Below, in pieces: positions 1 through 12,328 of a stretch of DNA of 64,000 bases (position 1 is its first letter; every line of letters starts with the position of its first letter). Source of the stretch: Spongospora subterranea f. sp. subterranea. Lineage: Eukaryota. The translations under genes and the position numbers were made by a program. Location of the stretch: NCBI GenBank assembly GCA_049724395.1, contig JAUGWO010000064.1:62001-126000 (forward strand), given 5' to 3'. The notes beneath the pieces are model-generated. The model searched no databases, had not been told where the DNA came from, and saw only the letters and a program-made list of their open reading frames with translations.

Positions 1-2310
1 TTTGCATTTATTCCTCGAATCGCCCGATCATTGCGTTCAAGATTTGTTTCGGCTGTTCTGGCTGAGATTTGGAGGCGCAGATTTTGCAGCGGCAAGCTTT
101 GGCCCACTAGTCGTTTCGCTAATCGCTCCAAGAGGTATATCTTTTGATCTTGACTTGCAGGTTATCGTCCGGACGTTGGATTGCAATGTTATACTGCCAC
201 AGATGGCGCCTAACGCTGACTTGCCCGGTGCCCGTCGCTTCCTCTGTTATCGCAACCATAATGACAGCGATTTAGACGACTATCACCGAACACACCTCCA
301 GGAACGAACCCGAACAATCCGGCGACGTCTTGAGGCCCGTGCAGAACTCTGTATTCAAATCGTGACTGAAATGGTGGAGTCGATTTGCGATTTGTTGAAA
401 GGATTCCCTCCTGGATTTGCATTCGTCTTGTCTGTTTTAAAAAAACATTCGAGCAAATCAGTTCGCGATAACAAACACGAGCTTAGAATGGTGTTTCTGG
501 ATGCGATTTTCATCGCCGTATTTGAACAACCCGATTCTTTTCCTTTTATGCCAAAATATTTCTTCGACGAATTTTCGAGGCAGGTTTCTTTATTGCAGGA
601 AATTGTTGCGTTTTTTGACCTTGATTGCTCAGGTCGTCTTTCAGGCAAATCGCACAGATCTTTGAGGCATTAGGCTCTTGCACTCCGATTGCGGGATGTT
701 CGGCGCGAATAATCAATAATTTTGTTGCCGATTTCGGCCGTGTTGTTGATAAGTTGATCGATCATATCATAATGGGCGACAGTTGCGTCGCGCTCACCAG
801 TTCATTTGCTCTTGAACCAATTCAAGTACAACACATTGTTATCGGAGGAAGAGATCTCCATCGTCTTCGAAATGGTGTTGCGCTTTTCTGTAAATGCAGG
901 TATCCAACTACCGCTGTTCCCGAAGATTCTGCTGTTTTTGGAACAGGGCAACGATTACAGTCTGACAACGGAACTAATGATTTGCTGACGGTTGAGTTGA
1001 TTTCGCCTCACCCGTCTTCAGATTGGTACGGGCCATTGGATGAAGAGCAGGAAATGCTTCGCCTTCTGTTCGATTCGCTTGGTCGACTATCCATCCCGGA
1101 TTTGGTCCGCTCTGGTGATTCGTTCACCGATTACTTGCTGCATGTTGCCTCATATGCAGCGGTGCACTCTCGCCATTCATCCAGCAAACTTGCAGAATTG
1201 TCGTTTAGTTTGCTTCGACTTGAGTCTTTCATACAGTATGCTCAGAATAAGCCCTCCCGTGATTGGGCGACTCCATTAGTGCATTTTGTTATGACAGCTG
1301 TGGCGCGGCATGAAGAGATGCTGGCTGAGCATGTTGAACGCACTGAGGCTCAAATGTCATCGGTGACATCAATGAACAGAATTACGCTTCGATTGACTGA
1401 AGACGTCAAATTGGGGCATAAGCAATCCCGAATTGCCCAATTCATCTACCGTGCCAGTTTTAGTTTCCGGATTGTAATCAGAAGGAGCTCTAGTGCTGGT
1501 TCTTCCCGTGAACAATTTGTGTTGCCAAAACGATTTGCAGTTTTGTCCAGTAAAAAATGCCCCGTCAACATGCTGGAAGTCAACTGCACGTCTATCTCCC
1601 AAATTCTTGACGAATTAGAGCGCTTGGTTCATAGCTCTTATTCGGATATGGTTCCATCTGTCTTGAACCTGATTATCCGAAGGTTGTCTGCCATTCTAGA
1701 CCGAGACCTATCTGATGTCCCGGACGCCACCGCGATAATTCGCCGATTTTTAATTTCTCGTCTATACCGAGATCTATTTATTATGTCTGCACCTTCAGAC
1801 GCCGAATGTACGGCGCTACAAGATCAACTCGCAAAATTTTCGGCTGTAACCTTGAACGACCTCGACATGGTTGCATCTCCAGTCTTATTAAGCGCATTGG
1901 CATTGCCTATCTCGGAATTGGGACGCATCAACCTCTTCCTATGTCCGATACAAAAGATTGAATGTATTGTGTCCACAACCCGTTTGGCAATGGACTCGTT
2001 ACAGATCAACACGATCGCGTCTGAAGCACCAGGATCCGATTACTTACTCCCTGTTATGGTATATATCATTCTTCGTGCTCGTCCTGCACAGTTGAACCGT
2101 AACTGTGCTTTTTGCCGTCTTTACTGGGTCGTTGAAGACGATTCATCTTCAGAGGATGATGATCTCTACAGTATGTACAAGTTTTGTTTCATACAGTTTT
2201 TATCTGCCGTCAGGTTTATATCTGAAATGACGCCGCTATCATTGTCATCCGCGCCAGAACAATCCCTGACTAGCCGCAGAAATTTTGACCACAAAGCCTT
2301 AGCAGCGTAA
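1..2310 (+). CDS. RasGAP-like + VPS9 domain Rab5-family GEF (GAPVD1/RME-6-like), 5' end outside the window
   Basis: C-terminal VPS9 signature (LCPIQKIECI...APGSDYLLPVMVYIILRARPAQLNRNCAFCRLY...FIQFLSAVRFI). The N-terminal part resembles the RasGAP C-lobe (FPPGF...FLDAIFIAVFEQPDSF...FRQIAQIFEAL). ORFs 2-673 and 625-2310 join via a short intron near 580-632. Confidence 0.75.
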
Positions 2311-2479
2311 TTCGAGGCTTGCGATAGGCAGTAGTTCAAAGCGAATTGTCAGGACGGGCTAAGCCATACGATTTGCTGGACCACAATGCATTTGATTACG
2401 TATTATATTACTAAACCAACGCAAGAATAATTGCCGAGATGGCATTATATTGTATAACAATTGTTAGCAATGATGGATA

Positions 2480-5281
2480 CTAGTCATGGTAAAGTGCAGC
2501 GTCAATGGTTGCATACGTCGAAGAATTCCGCTTCAATATTTCGTCGCATGGCCCTAAAAGCCGCACAAAACTTGCCCGGTCCAAAGTGACGACTTTCAGC
2601 GGTCGGTTTACCGCTACAACATTGGCTGCCCGGGGCTGAAGAGAAAAATAAACAAAGTTTAGGCAAACCATCCTTTTGAGTCGATCATTATACCTTGTCA
2701 TTCAGGAGAGCTAATTCTCCAAAATAATCACCGCGTTTGTATCGCATTACTTCTTGAGCTTCAGAGCCTGGATTTCCTGGAAGCACCTTTGTTGCAACTG
2801 CGTCCCCTTCAACGACAATGTAAAAGTTTTCACCGGGCTCATCTTGATGAATAACATACTCCCCTGGTTGGTATGTTTTTTCAAGAAGGCAATCAGCAAC
2901 TTTTGCGATTTCGTTGCGGTCAAGTGAGGAAAGGATCTCAACACTACCGAGAAAGCCTAATCAAGTGTAAAGCTTCCTCTTGGAATATGAATTAAAGGAA
3001 CGAACCTTCATATAATGCCCTCTTTTCGCTAGTGGTGTCCATAAGAACTCTCCGAAAAGTCGGTCTGTCCACTACCCAAACCGAAATGTCACCTTTCGCC
3101 CGAATCGACGCTTGTCGCGGACTGTTATACATCAAAGCCAATTCGCCAAAACCTTCACCAGCCTATCACACCACCATCGGTAACAGTTTTAAATGCTGAA
3201 GCCTTATAATATTACCTTGTAGATTTTAACTAAAACAGGCTCATCTGCCTTTTTTTGAACAAAACATTCCGCTTCTCCCTATGAAAATTTTGGAGGATTT
3301 GAATATTGGAAAGCTTTGACATTGTAGAGTTTACTTTATGGAGGATGTAGAAATTGTTTCCTGGCTGTCCTTGTCGGATCACGTATTCACCGTCCGCAAA
3401 TTCCTTCTCGTACATTGCATCGAGAATAATTTCGCTTTGTGAAGCGTCAAGACCGGCAAAAAGGAAGTTGCCTTGGATAGATTTCAGAATCGATGCGCGC
3501 TGTGTAACTGTCTTTGCCACTGCTTTTTCTGGCGGTGCAATGGACGTGTACGAGTTCATTGCTATTGGAAGAAGTAAGCGAAGAAAAAGCCAGAATCGAA
3601 AATCTGAAATGCTACCGGCAACAGGTTCAGAAGAAACTGCTGTTCTACGTCTTCGCATTGAAATTTCAGAAGGGCGAGCACTCTCTTCTTCCGCCGACAA
3701 TCCGCTAACAGCCTGCATGGAAATGTGAGTGCATTTAAAGCAGAGCCACACGAAGGCAATCACCTGGATTTTCTGATTGTATATATTCTGCTCGATGATG
3801 TTGTAGTTGTCTTGGTTGCGTTTCAGAATGTGATCAATTGGACCAAGCAAGCGGGTGAATGCCCCTCTGTCGAGGGTGACAGTGGTCAGTTCTCCAACAG
3901 CAATGACGTTGGCCGCCCGTGCATCGTCATTTATCAGTGCAAGCTCGCCGAAGTAATCGCCAGGACTAAGCTCCAGCACAGTAATAACCTCCGCTTGAAA
4001 ATCCACAGACTTGGTAACCTAGCCCAGCATGTCATAAACAAACACCTTTTATTTGTGATGTACATACCTTGGCATTGCCTTGAACAATTATATGGAAAAC
4101 GTCCCCAAGCTCACCCTGACGTATGACATATTCCCCATCTTTAAAGTTCTGTTCTACCAAAGCATCTGCCACACGGGAGCGCTCGGATTTGTCCAACGAC
4201 GACAAGATTTTGACATCCCCCAAAAATTGCTCATATTTTCGGCGGCAAGATGAAGTCGTGTCCATCAAGACCTAACAGTTCAAATTACTTGATTGAACGA
4301 AGATTCAACGAATATTCTAAAGGGGTCTTTAAACCTTTCGAAACGTAACTCGGTCGACAGCCCAACATACAGCATTGGTTTGGGCTGTGATTGTTGCAGC
4401 ACGTGGACTGTTGTACATCAAGGCGAGCTCACCAAACGTGCCCCCTTTCGTATATGTTTTCACCTGTTGCTTATAAAAAAATGTTTGACTCAAAATGCAA
4501 TGTTGCTTACCAGCTTTGGAGGGCTACGGTTAACCGACACATAACAGTTGGCAGTACCGCTCTCTAGAATATAAAAATAGTCGCCTTGTTCACCCTGTTC
4601 AATAATAGATTCTCCAGCCTACAGAATGTGTCATCAAATACACGACGACGTCATGGTTTGTGATTTTGAAGTACAGAATAATGCTTTTCCTGAAGCGAAT
4701 CGACAATAAGTTGAATTTGATCTGCACTTAGGGAGGAAAATAAAATGTTCCCTTTAACAGAATCCTGGATACGCTCAATCTGCTCTCTGGTTTTGGGAAT
4801 CACCGTCTGGCTGGCAGTTGGATCTGCTGCGTTCAAAAAATCGACCTGGAGAGCAGCGAGGGGTTGAGCATATCCGAGATAAACTGCTAAATGATGATAT
4901 ATACAGGTTCCGCAGAGACTGCTGTTCTTCGCCTTGTTTTGAGCCTAGAGAGTTCATTGGAACTATCTGAATCGTTCATAGGTTCTATGGGGTGGTTGCG
5001 ACTCTCACGTCGCGAAGAAGTTTGCGAATTTACAACTTCACAGTCATGTCGCCTTTCTTGATAATCCGTTAAGAATCCAATCATAAACTAGGAATTAGCA
5101 ATCAGGTTGGTCAAAACGATTTTTCTCAATAGCAAGAAATTACATCAACTGGGTCTTCGGGGGTATGTACAAATAGCTGTTCGAGCATATCCTTCAGAAT
5201 AACGTCGACTTTGGCCTGAGCATAGCGCGAAACACGCTCCAGCTCGGCTGTGTACGGCGAGTCCCCACCAATCTGCGCCAT
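2480..5281 (-). CDS. cAMP-dependent protein kinase regulatory subunit, internally duplicated: D/D - inhibitor1 - CNB-A - CNB-B - inhibitor2 - CNB-A - CNB-B (multi-exon)
   Basis: ATG at 5281 ([10 protein letters not shown]...[27 protein letters not shown]-like). Inhibitor sites [10 protein letters not shown] (~4905-4940) and [11 protein letters not shown] (~3620-3657). Four phosphate-binding cassettes: [60 protein letters not shown]. Stop at 2480. Confidence 0.9.
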
Positions 5282-6154
5282 GCTGTTGGGTGGAAGATCG
5301 CTATTGCAGCAGCTGTGTCAATACGCGGCGTGAACGCGCCACCAGCCAAAAAAACACCTTTAATCGCTTGTCAATAACTGTGATGTGTTTATGATCAAGT
5401 CAGGTAGAGGAGCAGCCAGTCAGTTCAGATCTTCGCTGTATTGCACTAAAAGCGGTACATACAGCTTAAGTGGGCAATGTAATACAGTACGAGGAGTGAA
5501 ACGAGGGCCGTGGGCTGCATTTGGCACCGAATGCGCAGTTTCGGGGATGAGTGAATGTTGCCTGCAGCCTGCTGGGCCCGATGGGCCAATGTAGTGGTGT
5601 CATGGCGATCGTTTTTGACTCGGGGACAACGTACTGCACAATTCAGCTCCTCACGACACTGACTTGTGCAATGTCAACGTGGTTGAAGACGCGGATAATC
5701 CTTGTTGGATTGCGGATTAGTGCTGCTGACCTTGAGGCTTAGATCTCGTAAGCATAGCCTTGCTGAGCTTTAGCTGGGGTCAGGAATTTCGGTGGAGGTT
5801 GTGACTAAACTGGTTTGACAGGAAAACGGCGTAAGCTCGATACTACCCGAATCAACGTGACCATTACTGAGTTCATATGTTTTCTCGCAATTATTTTCGT
5901 TTTACAAAATGTGTCAGCACCATCACTTGAAATCAGCGGAATTTGAGTTTCTGCCAAAAAATGTGAAATTTCGCAGGACCATTGAAGGGCTCGGTTGGTT
6001 TTTCAATAGTGCTTCCATTCGGTAAATCGTGCATGCTATAAATACGACATAACTCGTCAAAAATTCTCCTCACTCTTCCGGAGTACAGTGGCAGTCATCT
6101 CCAGTCAACCAGCCGTCCGCGGATTTGTCTTTCAAACATCCCCACGCAACTACA

Positions 6155-8274
6155 CAGTGGCGATCAGCTCAAACCGACAATTCCGTGACTGTGCACCACC
6201 TTGACAATGTCTAGTCGTCAGCTTTCGCTGAAAATCGCCAAGCTTGATCATGGCTCAGTAGGTCTTGGCACCACGAACAAATGTACTGTACTTTTTCTTT
6301 TGCAGCAATATTGACGGAGTAGATACACTTTATAGATACAGTGGTCGCGCCGTGAATTGGACTGTACGCATGGAACAAACTCCGGACGCAATTTATTTCG
6401 CACTTCGAAATGCGCAGTTGCGCACTTATTGATGAGCAGCAATGCACAAACAGTGGCTAGTGTATCAAGTGCGCGCACTCAATGCTGTCATCTTCCGGAC
6501 TGTGTGAGCTCATACTGTAAGCGTCGAAAGCATCTTGTGAACCTTGCAACAACGCGATTCGGCCATCGCAAAATCAGTACGGTCAGCATTGAAGAGTGTG
6601 AGTTGATTTCTGTCCCTTCTCTCCACGATAATTTCACCTGTTCTGAAGCGTCAGAGGATGATGACAATTTTGTAATTTCTGAGCCAGATGACTCTCTGTG
6701 CCAAATCAATGAACTGTAGCATCAAGACGTGTTCTAAAATGGACTCCTGGTGCAGATTCGCATTTCAGAAAGTCTCACACAGGTGATGGAAGATCGTGTT
6801 AATTCCAAAAACAAAAAGAAAGTCGGTTAAGAGAACAATCCATGATTGGATGTAAAAAGATCACACATTGGTTTGGTTCAGGTCAAAATGAAACAGCAGA
6901 TGGGGTTGTATTATCTGCCCTTCAAGAAGTTGAGGATGATGGTTTTGCACAACCAGACTGCATCGACGAGTTTGAGGACTCTATCGATGAATCAGTCGAA
7001 ATATTGAAAGGCAAAATTTACTGAGAAATAGCCAAACTGCTGAAAACCGCAATGTCAACAAGTTTGAGAAAGTCCAATATATGTGCATATTGAGGTACTT
7101 GGAAGCGATTATATTAATCCCAGGTTGAAGTTGAAGACGTCGTTGGAAATCAGCAAGGTCTTCTTCGGTGCTGGAAAAGGCTGTGATTACCGAAGCCGCA
7201 GACTTCGTCAATGGGCATTGCACTTTCTTCAATTCAAGACAATCAAGGTATCTTGCCAAGGCAAACACGTGAAAACTAGATCATTGATTGAAGACCCAGA
7301 TGTCGCCAATGCGTGTTTAAACTACTTAAAAAGTCAGCCAATCGAATTAGTTGATGGTCTCACCTTTTTTCGAAATGGGTTAGTGAAAACCTGCACAAGG
7401 TTGACTGCCTCGGCTTTACAAACTGCAAAATCATAACAGAAGTGACTGCACGAAGATGGCTTCACCGTCTTGGTTTTCGAAGAACTGAAAATAAGAAAGG
7501 CACCTATAGCGATGGACATGAGCGCCAAGATGTTGTTGAGTATCGTAAACGGTACGACACTCCCAACCATTTGCTTTTACACTTTAGCCCACTTTGCTAC
7601 TTTTATTAGGTTTTTAGAGTTATTTGCCAAGCTTTACTCGCGCATGGACAAGTACGAGGGCGATAACATGGAAAGGGTTGAACAAAGCCCAGCGTAAACT
7701 CCTTGAACCATTCATTTGTGAAAAACGCAAGAAACCCTTAACACAATCAGACCGCGCAGTTCGTCAATGATGCTGGCGGACAAGCTAAAGGCCAAGAGCG
7801 TTGGTGGCGATGATCCTGCGAAGGCGAGCCACCAAGTTGCAATAATGATTGGTCTGTCAAGCAAATTGAGGTAGATATTGACCCAAGAATTGAGCCTCAC
7901 TGACGAAGGTCCAACATTAGCTGTTCGGGTAAACGAGGCGTGACTTGGTTCGGGTAAACGAGGCGTGACTGACCAAGCCACGCCTCGTTTACTCGAACAG
8001 CTAATATTGGATCTTCATCAGTGAGGCTTAATTCTTGGGTCAATATCTTCCTCAATTTGCTTGACAGACCAATCATTATTGCAACTTGGTGGCTCGCCTT
8101 TGCAGGATCATCACCACCAACGCTCTTGGCCTTTAGCTTGTCCGCCACATCATTGGCGAACTGCGCGGTCTGATTGTGTTAAGGGTTTCTTGCGTTTTTC
8201 ACAAATGAATGGTTCAAGAAGTCAAGGTGGTGCACAGTCACGGAATAATTGTCGGTCTAAGGTGATCGCCACTG
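6155..8274 (+). mobile_element. Degenerate, truncated copy of the IS630/Tc1-like DNA transposon family also at 8943-11756
   Basis: Left end CAGTGGCGATCAGCTCAAACCGACAATTCC resembles the TIR of the intact-ended copy. Frameshifted transposase fragments (GKGCDYRSRRLRQWAL...CQGKHVKTRSLIEDPD; DGHERQDVVEYR) run to ~7695. An inverted end sequence sits at 8221-8274, followed by TA. Confidence 0.85.
7698..8222. repeat. Long palindrome (~250 bp diverged arms) of a fragment homologous to the 12329-12850 ORF
   Basis: 7698-7949 is the reverse complement of 7972-8222 with scattered mismatches. Both arms encode the ADKLKAKSVGGDDPAKASHQVA peptide, near-identical to the 12329-12820 ORF. Confidence 0.95.
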
Positions 8275-8336
8275 TACCGTCTTCCCCCGAATAGTGCGCC
8301 TTCAGTGCGGGACATCTAGTCACGGTTCACCCACGC

Positions 8337-8766
8337 AGTCAGGTTGCTGTAGATGAATTCTATCGACCGAAGGTCTATAAATGCAGATAAGTCGTTTCAT
8401 CACAGTGGAGTAGTCCTTGCCGAGCACCATACAAATAACCGATGCATATGGATGCCCAACTCGCTGCTTGTCGAGCAGTAGATGGACTTGTCACTGGAAT
8501 CCACAGGCATTGTCCGGTATGACCGGCTATACCCGCATGTGCAGGATATGGACGCGCATGTGATCCGGTCACTGGGTAGCGGCAATGACTTGGTGTCCCG
8601 GCCGCTGCTACATTCTATGTCGTAGCCCATGCAACAGCCGGTCTGCCTATACAAATAATAATTATTTGTATGGTGCTCGGCAAGGACTACTCCACTGTGA
8701 TGAAACGACTTAATGGTGCTCGGCAAGGACTACTCCACTGTGATGAAACGTCTACAGCAACCTGAC
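8337..8766. repeat. Nested inverted-repeat element (MITE-like or fold-back)
   Basis: gtcaggttgctgtaga (~8337) pairs with tctacagcaacctgac (8751-8766). A ~51 bp arm taagtcgtttcatcacag...catacaaataa (~8388-8438) pairs with ~8662-8712, and most of that arm is then tandemly repeated to ~8750. Confidence 0.85.
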
Positions 8767-8942
8767 CAAGTTTTTTTTTGGAAAAAAGTGCAAAACTGGT
8801 GCGATTCAAAAAATTCCGCTATTTGACATTTGAGACTATGGTGAAAATACGTCTATTTTTAGACATGTGCGTGAAATTTGCTAAAAGGGGGTCATTTTGT
8901 ATTGCGCCACGACTGTACAGAAACTCCGGGCGCGTATGGGTA

Positions 8943-11756
8943 CAGTAGCGATCACCTTAACCCGACAATTCCGTGACTGTAGGCGGCTTGAACTGTATCT
9001 GGTCATGGATGATGGATTTCATATCGTACAATTTCTACGTAATTCTTTAGGTCTTTGCATTACGAACAAAGTTACGTGTTCAATTTTGTTATTGAGGCAT
9101 TATTGACGGAGTAGATACACTTTATAGATACAGTGCCTTGATGGATAATGGGACTGTATCTATGGAAAACAATTGCGACCACTTTCCTTGTGCAGTCACG
9201 CATAAAATATATAATGCGCAGTGTCAAGTAGTGAAACAGTCACGGATAAAAGTATATCATGCGCACTGACCAGCGATATTGCAGTGACGCAGGCCAAAAC
9301 ATAGAGACTTGCGTTTTTGATATGCCGCCTTTAAATAAACGTCGAAAGCAAATCGCCAAGTTGGTTGCATCGCGGATCGCTGCCGACGCTGATGACTGCT
9401 CCTCATCTGGCTTTTCGGTCAATAATGGTCTCTCTGTCGTCGAAAGTTCTGTGTTTGAAGATGATGACAATTATATTGTTTCTGATTCCGACGATTGGTT
9501 TCATGAAATGGATGAAAAGGCAGTTGACAAGATCAACACAAGCTTTTTGAAATGGATTCCTGGTGCCGGTGCACATTTCCGGAAAGCGCATACAGGGGAT
9601 GCAAGGTCGTCGAGGTTTCGAAAACAAAAAGAAAAGAGGATGAGAGAGCAGTCCATGGATGGATATAAAACGATCTCACATTGATTCAAGGCAGCAGGAA
9701 ATGAACTTCCGAGTTTTTCTCATGATGATTTGGTATTAACTGACCAGGAAAGAATTGGAGAAGATAGTTTGGCTTCTCATGATGATTTGGTATTAACTGA
9801 CCAGGAAAGAAATGAAGAAGATAGTTTGGCTCAAACAGAGTGCATTGAAGAGTTCGTCGACTCTATCGATGAAGCAATCGCAACATTGACAACAAAAGTT
9901 TGTTTAAAAAACTCTAAAGTTGCTGCGAAGAGAATCGAGTCGAGTAAATTTGAAAGTCTACAGTTTATGTGCGTTCTAAGATATCTGGAAGCCATTAAAC
10001 ACAACCCGCGAATGAAAATGAAGTCGTCTCTGGAGATCGGCAAGATGATTTTTGGCACAGGACAAGGCTGTGATTATCGCAGCCGAAAGATACGCCAATG
10101 GGCGTTACAATATCTTCAATTTAGAACGATCAAGTCGTCCTGTCAAGGAAAACATGTAAAAACTCGGTCGTTAATTGAAGATGCTGATATTGCCAGTGCT
10201 TGCTTGCAATACTTGAGAGGCCAGCCAATCGAGCTTGTCCATGGTCTTTCTTTTTCCAAATGGGTGTGCGATAATTTACATAAGATTGATAGTCTTGGTT
10301 TCACGAATCCCACTGTTATCACTGAGGTAACTGCTCGGAGATGGCTCCATCGGCTTGGCTTCAAAAGCAGTGAATACAAAAAGGGCACTTATACGGATGG
10401 ACATGAACGCCCAGACGTCGTGGAATATCGGAATTGGTACGACGGTCTTCAATTTGTACGATGCGAAGCCTTTGATTGATCTTACGTTTTTTAAGGTTTT
10501 TGCAGTCTTTTGAGAAGTTGTATTCTCGTATGGACAAATATGAGGGTGCCGACATGGAAACAGTAATTGCTCCAACTCTACTTCCTAACGAAAAAAAGCT
10601 TGTTTTATTGACCCACGATGAGACTTGCTTTGATTTTAATGACAGTAAGAAATTTATTTGGTTAGAGGGTGATCGACAAGCACTTCGACCGAAAAAGTCT
10701 GGCAGATCTATCATGGTTTCGCAGTTCCTATGCCAGTGCCATGGTCACATGGAAATTGATGTTACAAGCGACATTGCCGAAGAATTTCCAGAAATAAAAA
10801 AATTCGCATCGGTTGGCTCAACGGTTGGGACTTTAAAGTTGATAAAGCCAGGTAAAAATGCAGATGGGTATTGGTGTAACAAGGATCTTGTGGAGCAGAT
10901 CAAGTTGGCATTGGTCATCTTCCAGGTGCTTCACCTTGATTCAACGCCTGTTTTCGCGTTCGACAATTCCCAGAACCACCGAGCCAAGCCTCCTGATGGG
11001 CTTGTGGCTTCAAAATTAAACCTATCGGACGGAGGAAAGAATGTTGAGCATGTTAGGCCTGGATGGTATTTTTTCGAACAGAATCGCGTCATTCATGACA
11101 TGCAATTTCCTGGCGATTCGGTGCACGCCATCAATGGCGTTACTCAGAAAGAAATCCGCCGGATTCTGACAGAAAGAGGCCTTTGGCCCAGTAGCGGGAT
11201 CAGTCTTAAAGAAGCACGCTTGCTTAAAGAAGCACGCTTCTTTCACAGCAAACTGATTTCCTAGCACAAGAAGAGTGGTTAGAGGAAACAGTGAAAAATG
11301 GATCAGGTTTAATAATTTTTTACCCAAAGTTTCATCCTGAGTTTAACTGGATTGAAATGTTTTGGGGGGCGACCAAGAAGTATACGCGTAAGCACTGCAC
11401 GTATACCTTCAAAGACTTGGAGAAAGTAATTCCAGTGGCTTTGAAAAAGACATCTTTGGCCACGATGAGGCGGTTCGCACGCAAATCATTCCGGTACATG
11501 GACGCTTACCGCGAGAAAAATGGAAGATTTCTCACTAACAGGCAAATCGAATACGCAATGAAGAAATATCGCGGGCAGGGACTGTACCTGACACGGTAAT
11601 AAATGACTTATAGTAGTGTCATATGTAAACTAAGTGTACAAATCTCCCATTTAACAAAATGACTTATAGTATCATATGTACACTAAGTGTACATTAAATC
11701 TCGTGAAAATATTGGGACTAGGGTTTGAAATTGTCGGGTTAAGGTGATCGCTACTG
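8943..11756 (+). mobile_element. Full-length IS630/Tc1-mariner-superfamily DNA transposon with defective transposase
   Basis: 28-bp perfect TIR CAGTAGCGATCACCTTAACCCGACAATT at both ends, each flanked by TA. Transposase motifs YTDGHERPDVVEYR, THDET, FAFDNSQNH, FYPKFHPEFNWIEMFW. GT-AG intron ~10437-10496. Premature TGA at ~9682, and the frame is disrupted at ~11205-11290. Confidence 0.95.
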
Positions 11757-11787
11757 TACGCGCGCGAACATGTGAAAACAATATCCC

Positions 11788-12153
11788 TTCAGTAATGATA
11801 GTCCGATTTGCGGAGTTTCAAAACAATAACGCGGTTTTGAATTTTGTGAGGTTTTAAGTTGCGCAGACGCACAGCAAATTTTCTTACGTATCCATAGCTA
11901 TAAATAGAGCCAGTTTGTCGTTCAGAGGCGGGAACTCATTTTCCGGCTCCTTCGCCCCATCTTTGGATGACGCCATCCGACTGTTAATTTTTTGTTTTAC
12001 AACAATTCATTAATGAAACAGGCAAGCCCACAAGGGGTTAGTTAGTACACGGATATTGGTGCAGTGTTTTCCAACAATACTTACCGTTGACGATTTGCAT
12101 TCCATTCAGATCACAACTCATCGTGTTCATTTGATGGAATCCAGAACTCAGCC
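11788..12153 (+). repeat. Direct-repeat copy of the mariner-like left end at 12885-13309 (outer TIR bases missing)
   Basis: Near-identical to 12894-13309 (ttcagt.atgatagtccgatttgcggagt...gatggaatcca.aactcagcca), with indels. Confidence 0.9.
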
Positions 12154-12328
12154 ATTCGCTGTAAGGAATCTGCTGGAAATATGGATGTTGCTTTTAAAAA
12201 ATCTTGATCGACTTGCTCACGAACGTCGAAAAAATCTGCCTTAACAAGGAAAGAAACTGACAACTTATTAGGGGGACTTCTTTACAAAATTTATTGAAAA
12301 TTAGTAATGGATCAAAGGAACCTGCTTA

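Noticed and set aside
2480..5281. cGMP-dependent kinase, or an assembly duplication of a normal PKA-R
   Set aside because: No kinase domain before the stop, the cassettes lack the PKG Thr, and the two halves are highly diverged with different intron positions.
8440..8600. SWIM zinc finger of a MULE transposase (CTCGYSRSYR)
   Set aside because: The final C-x-H is missing and there are no other MULE motifs; too weak to call.
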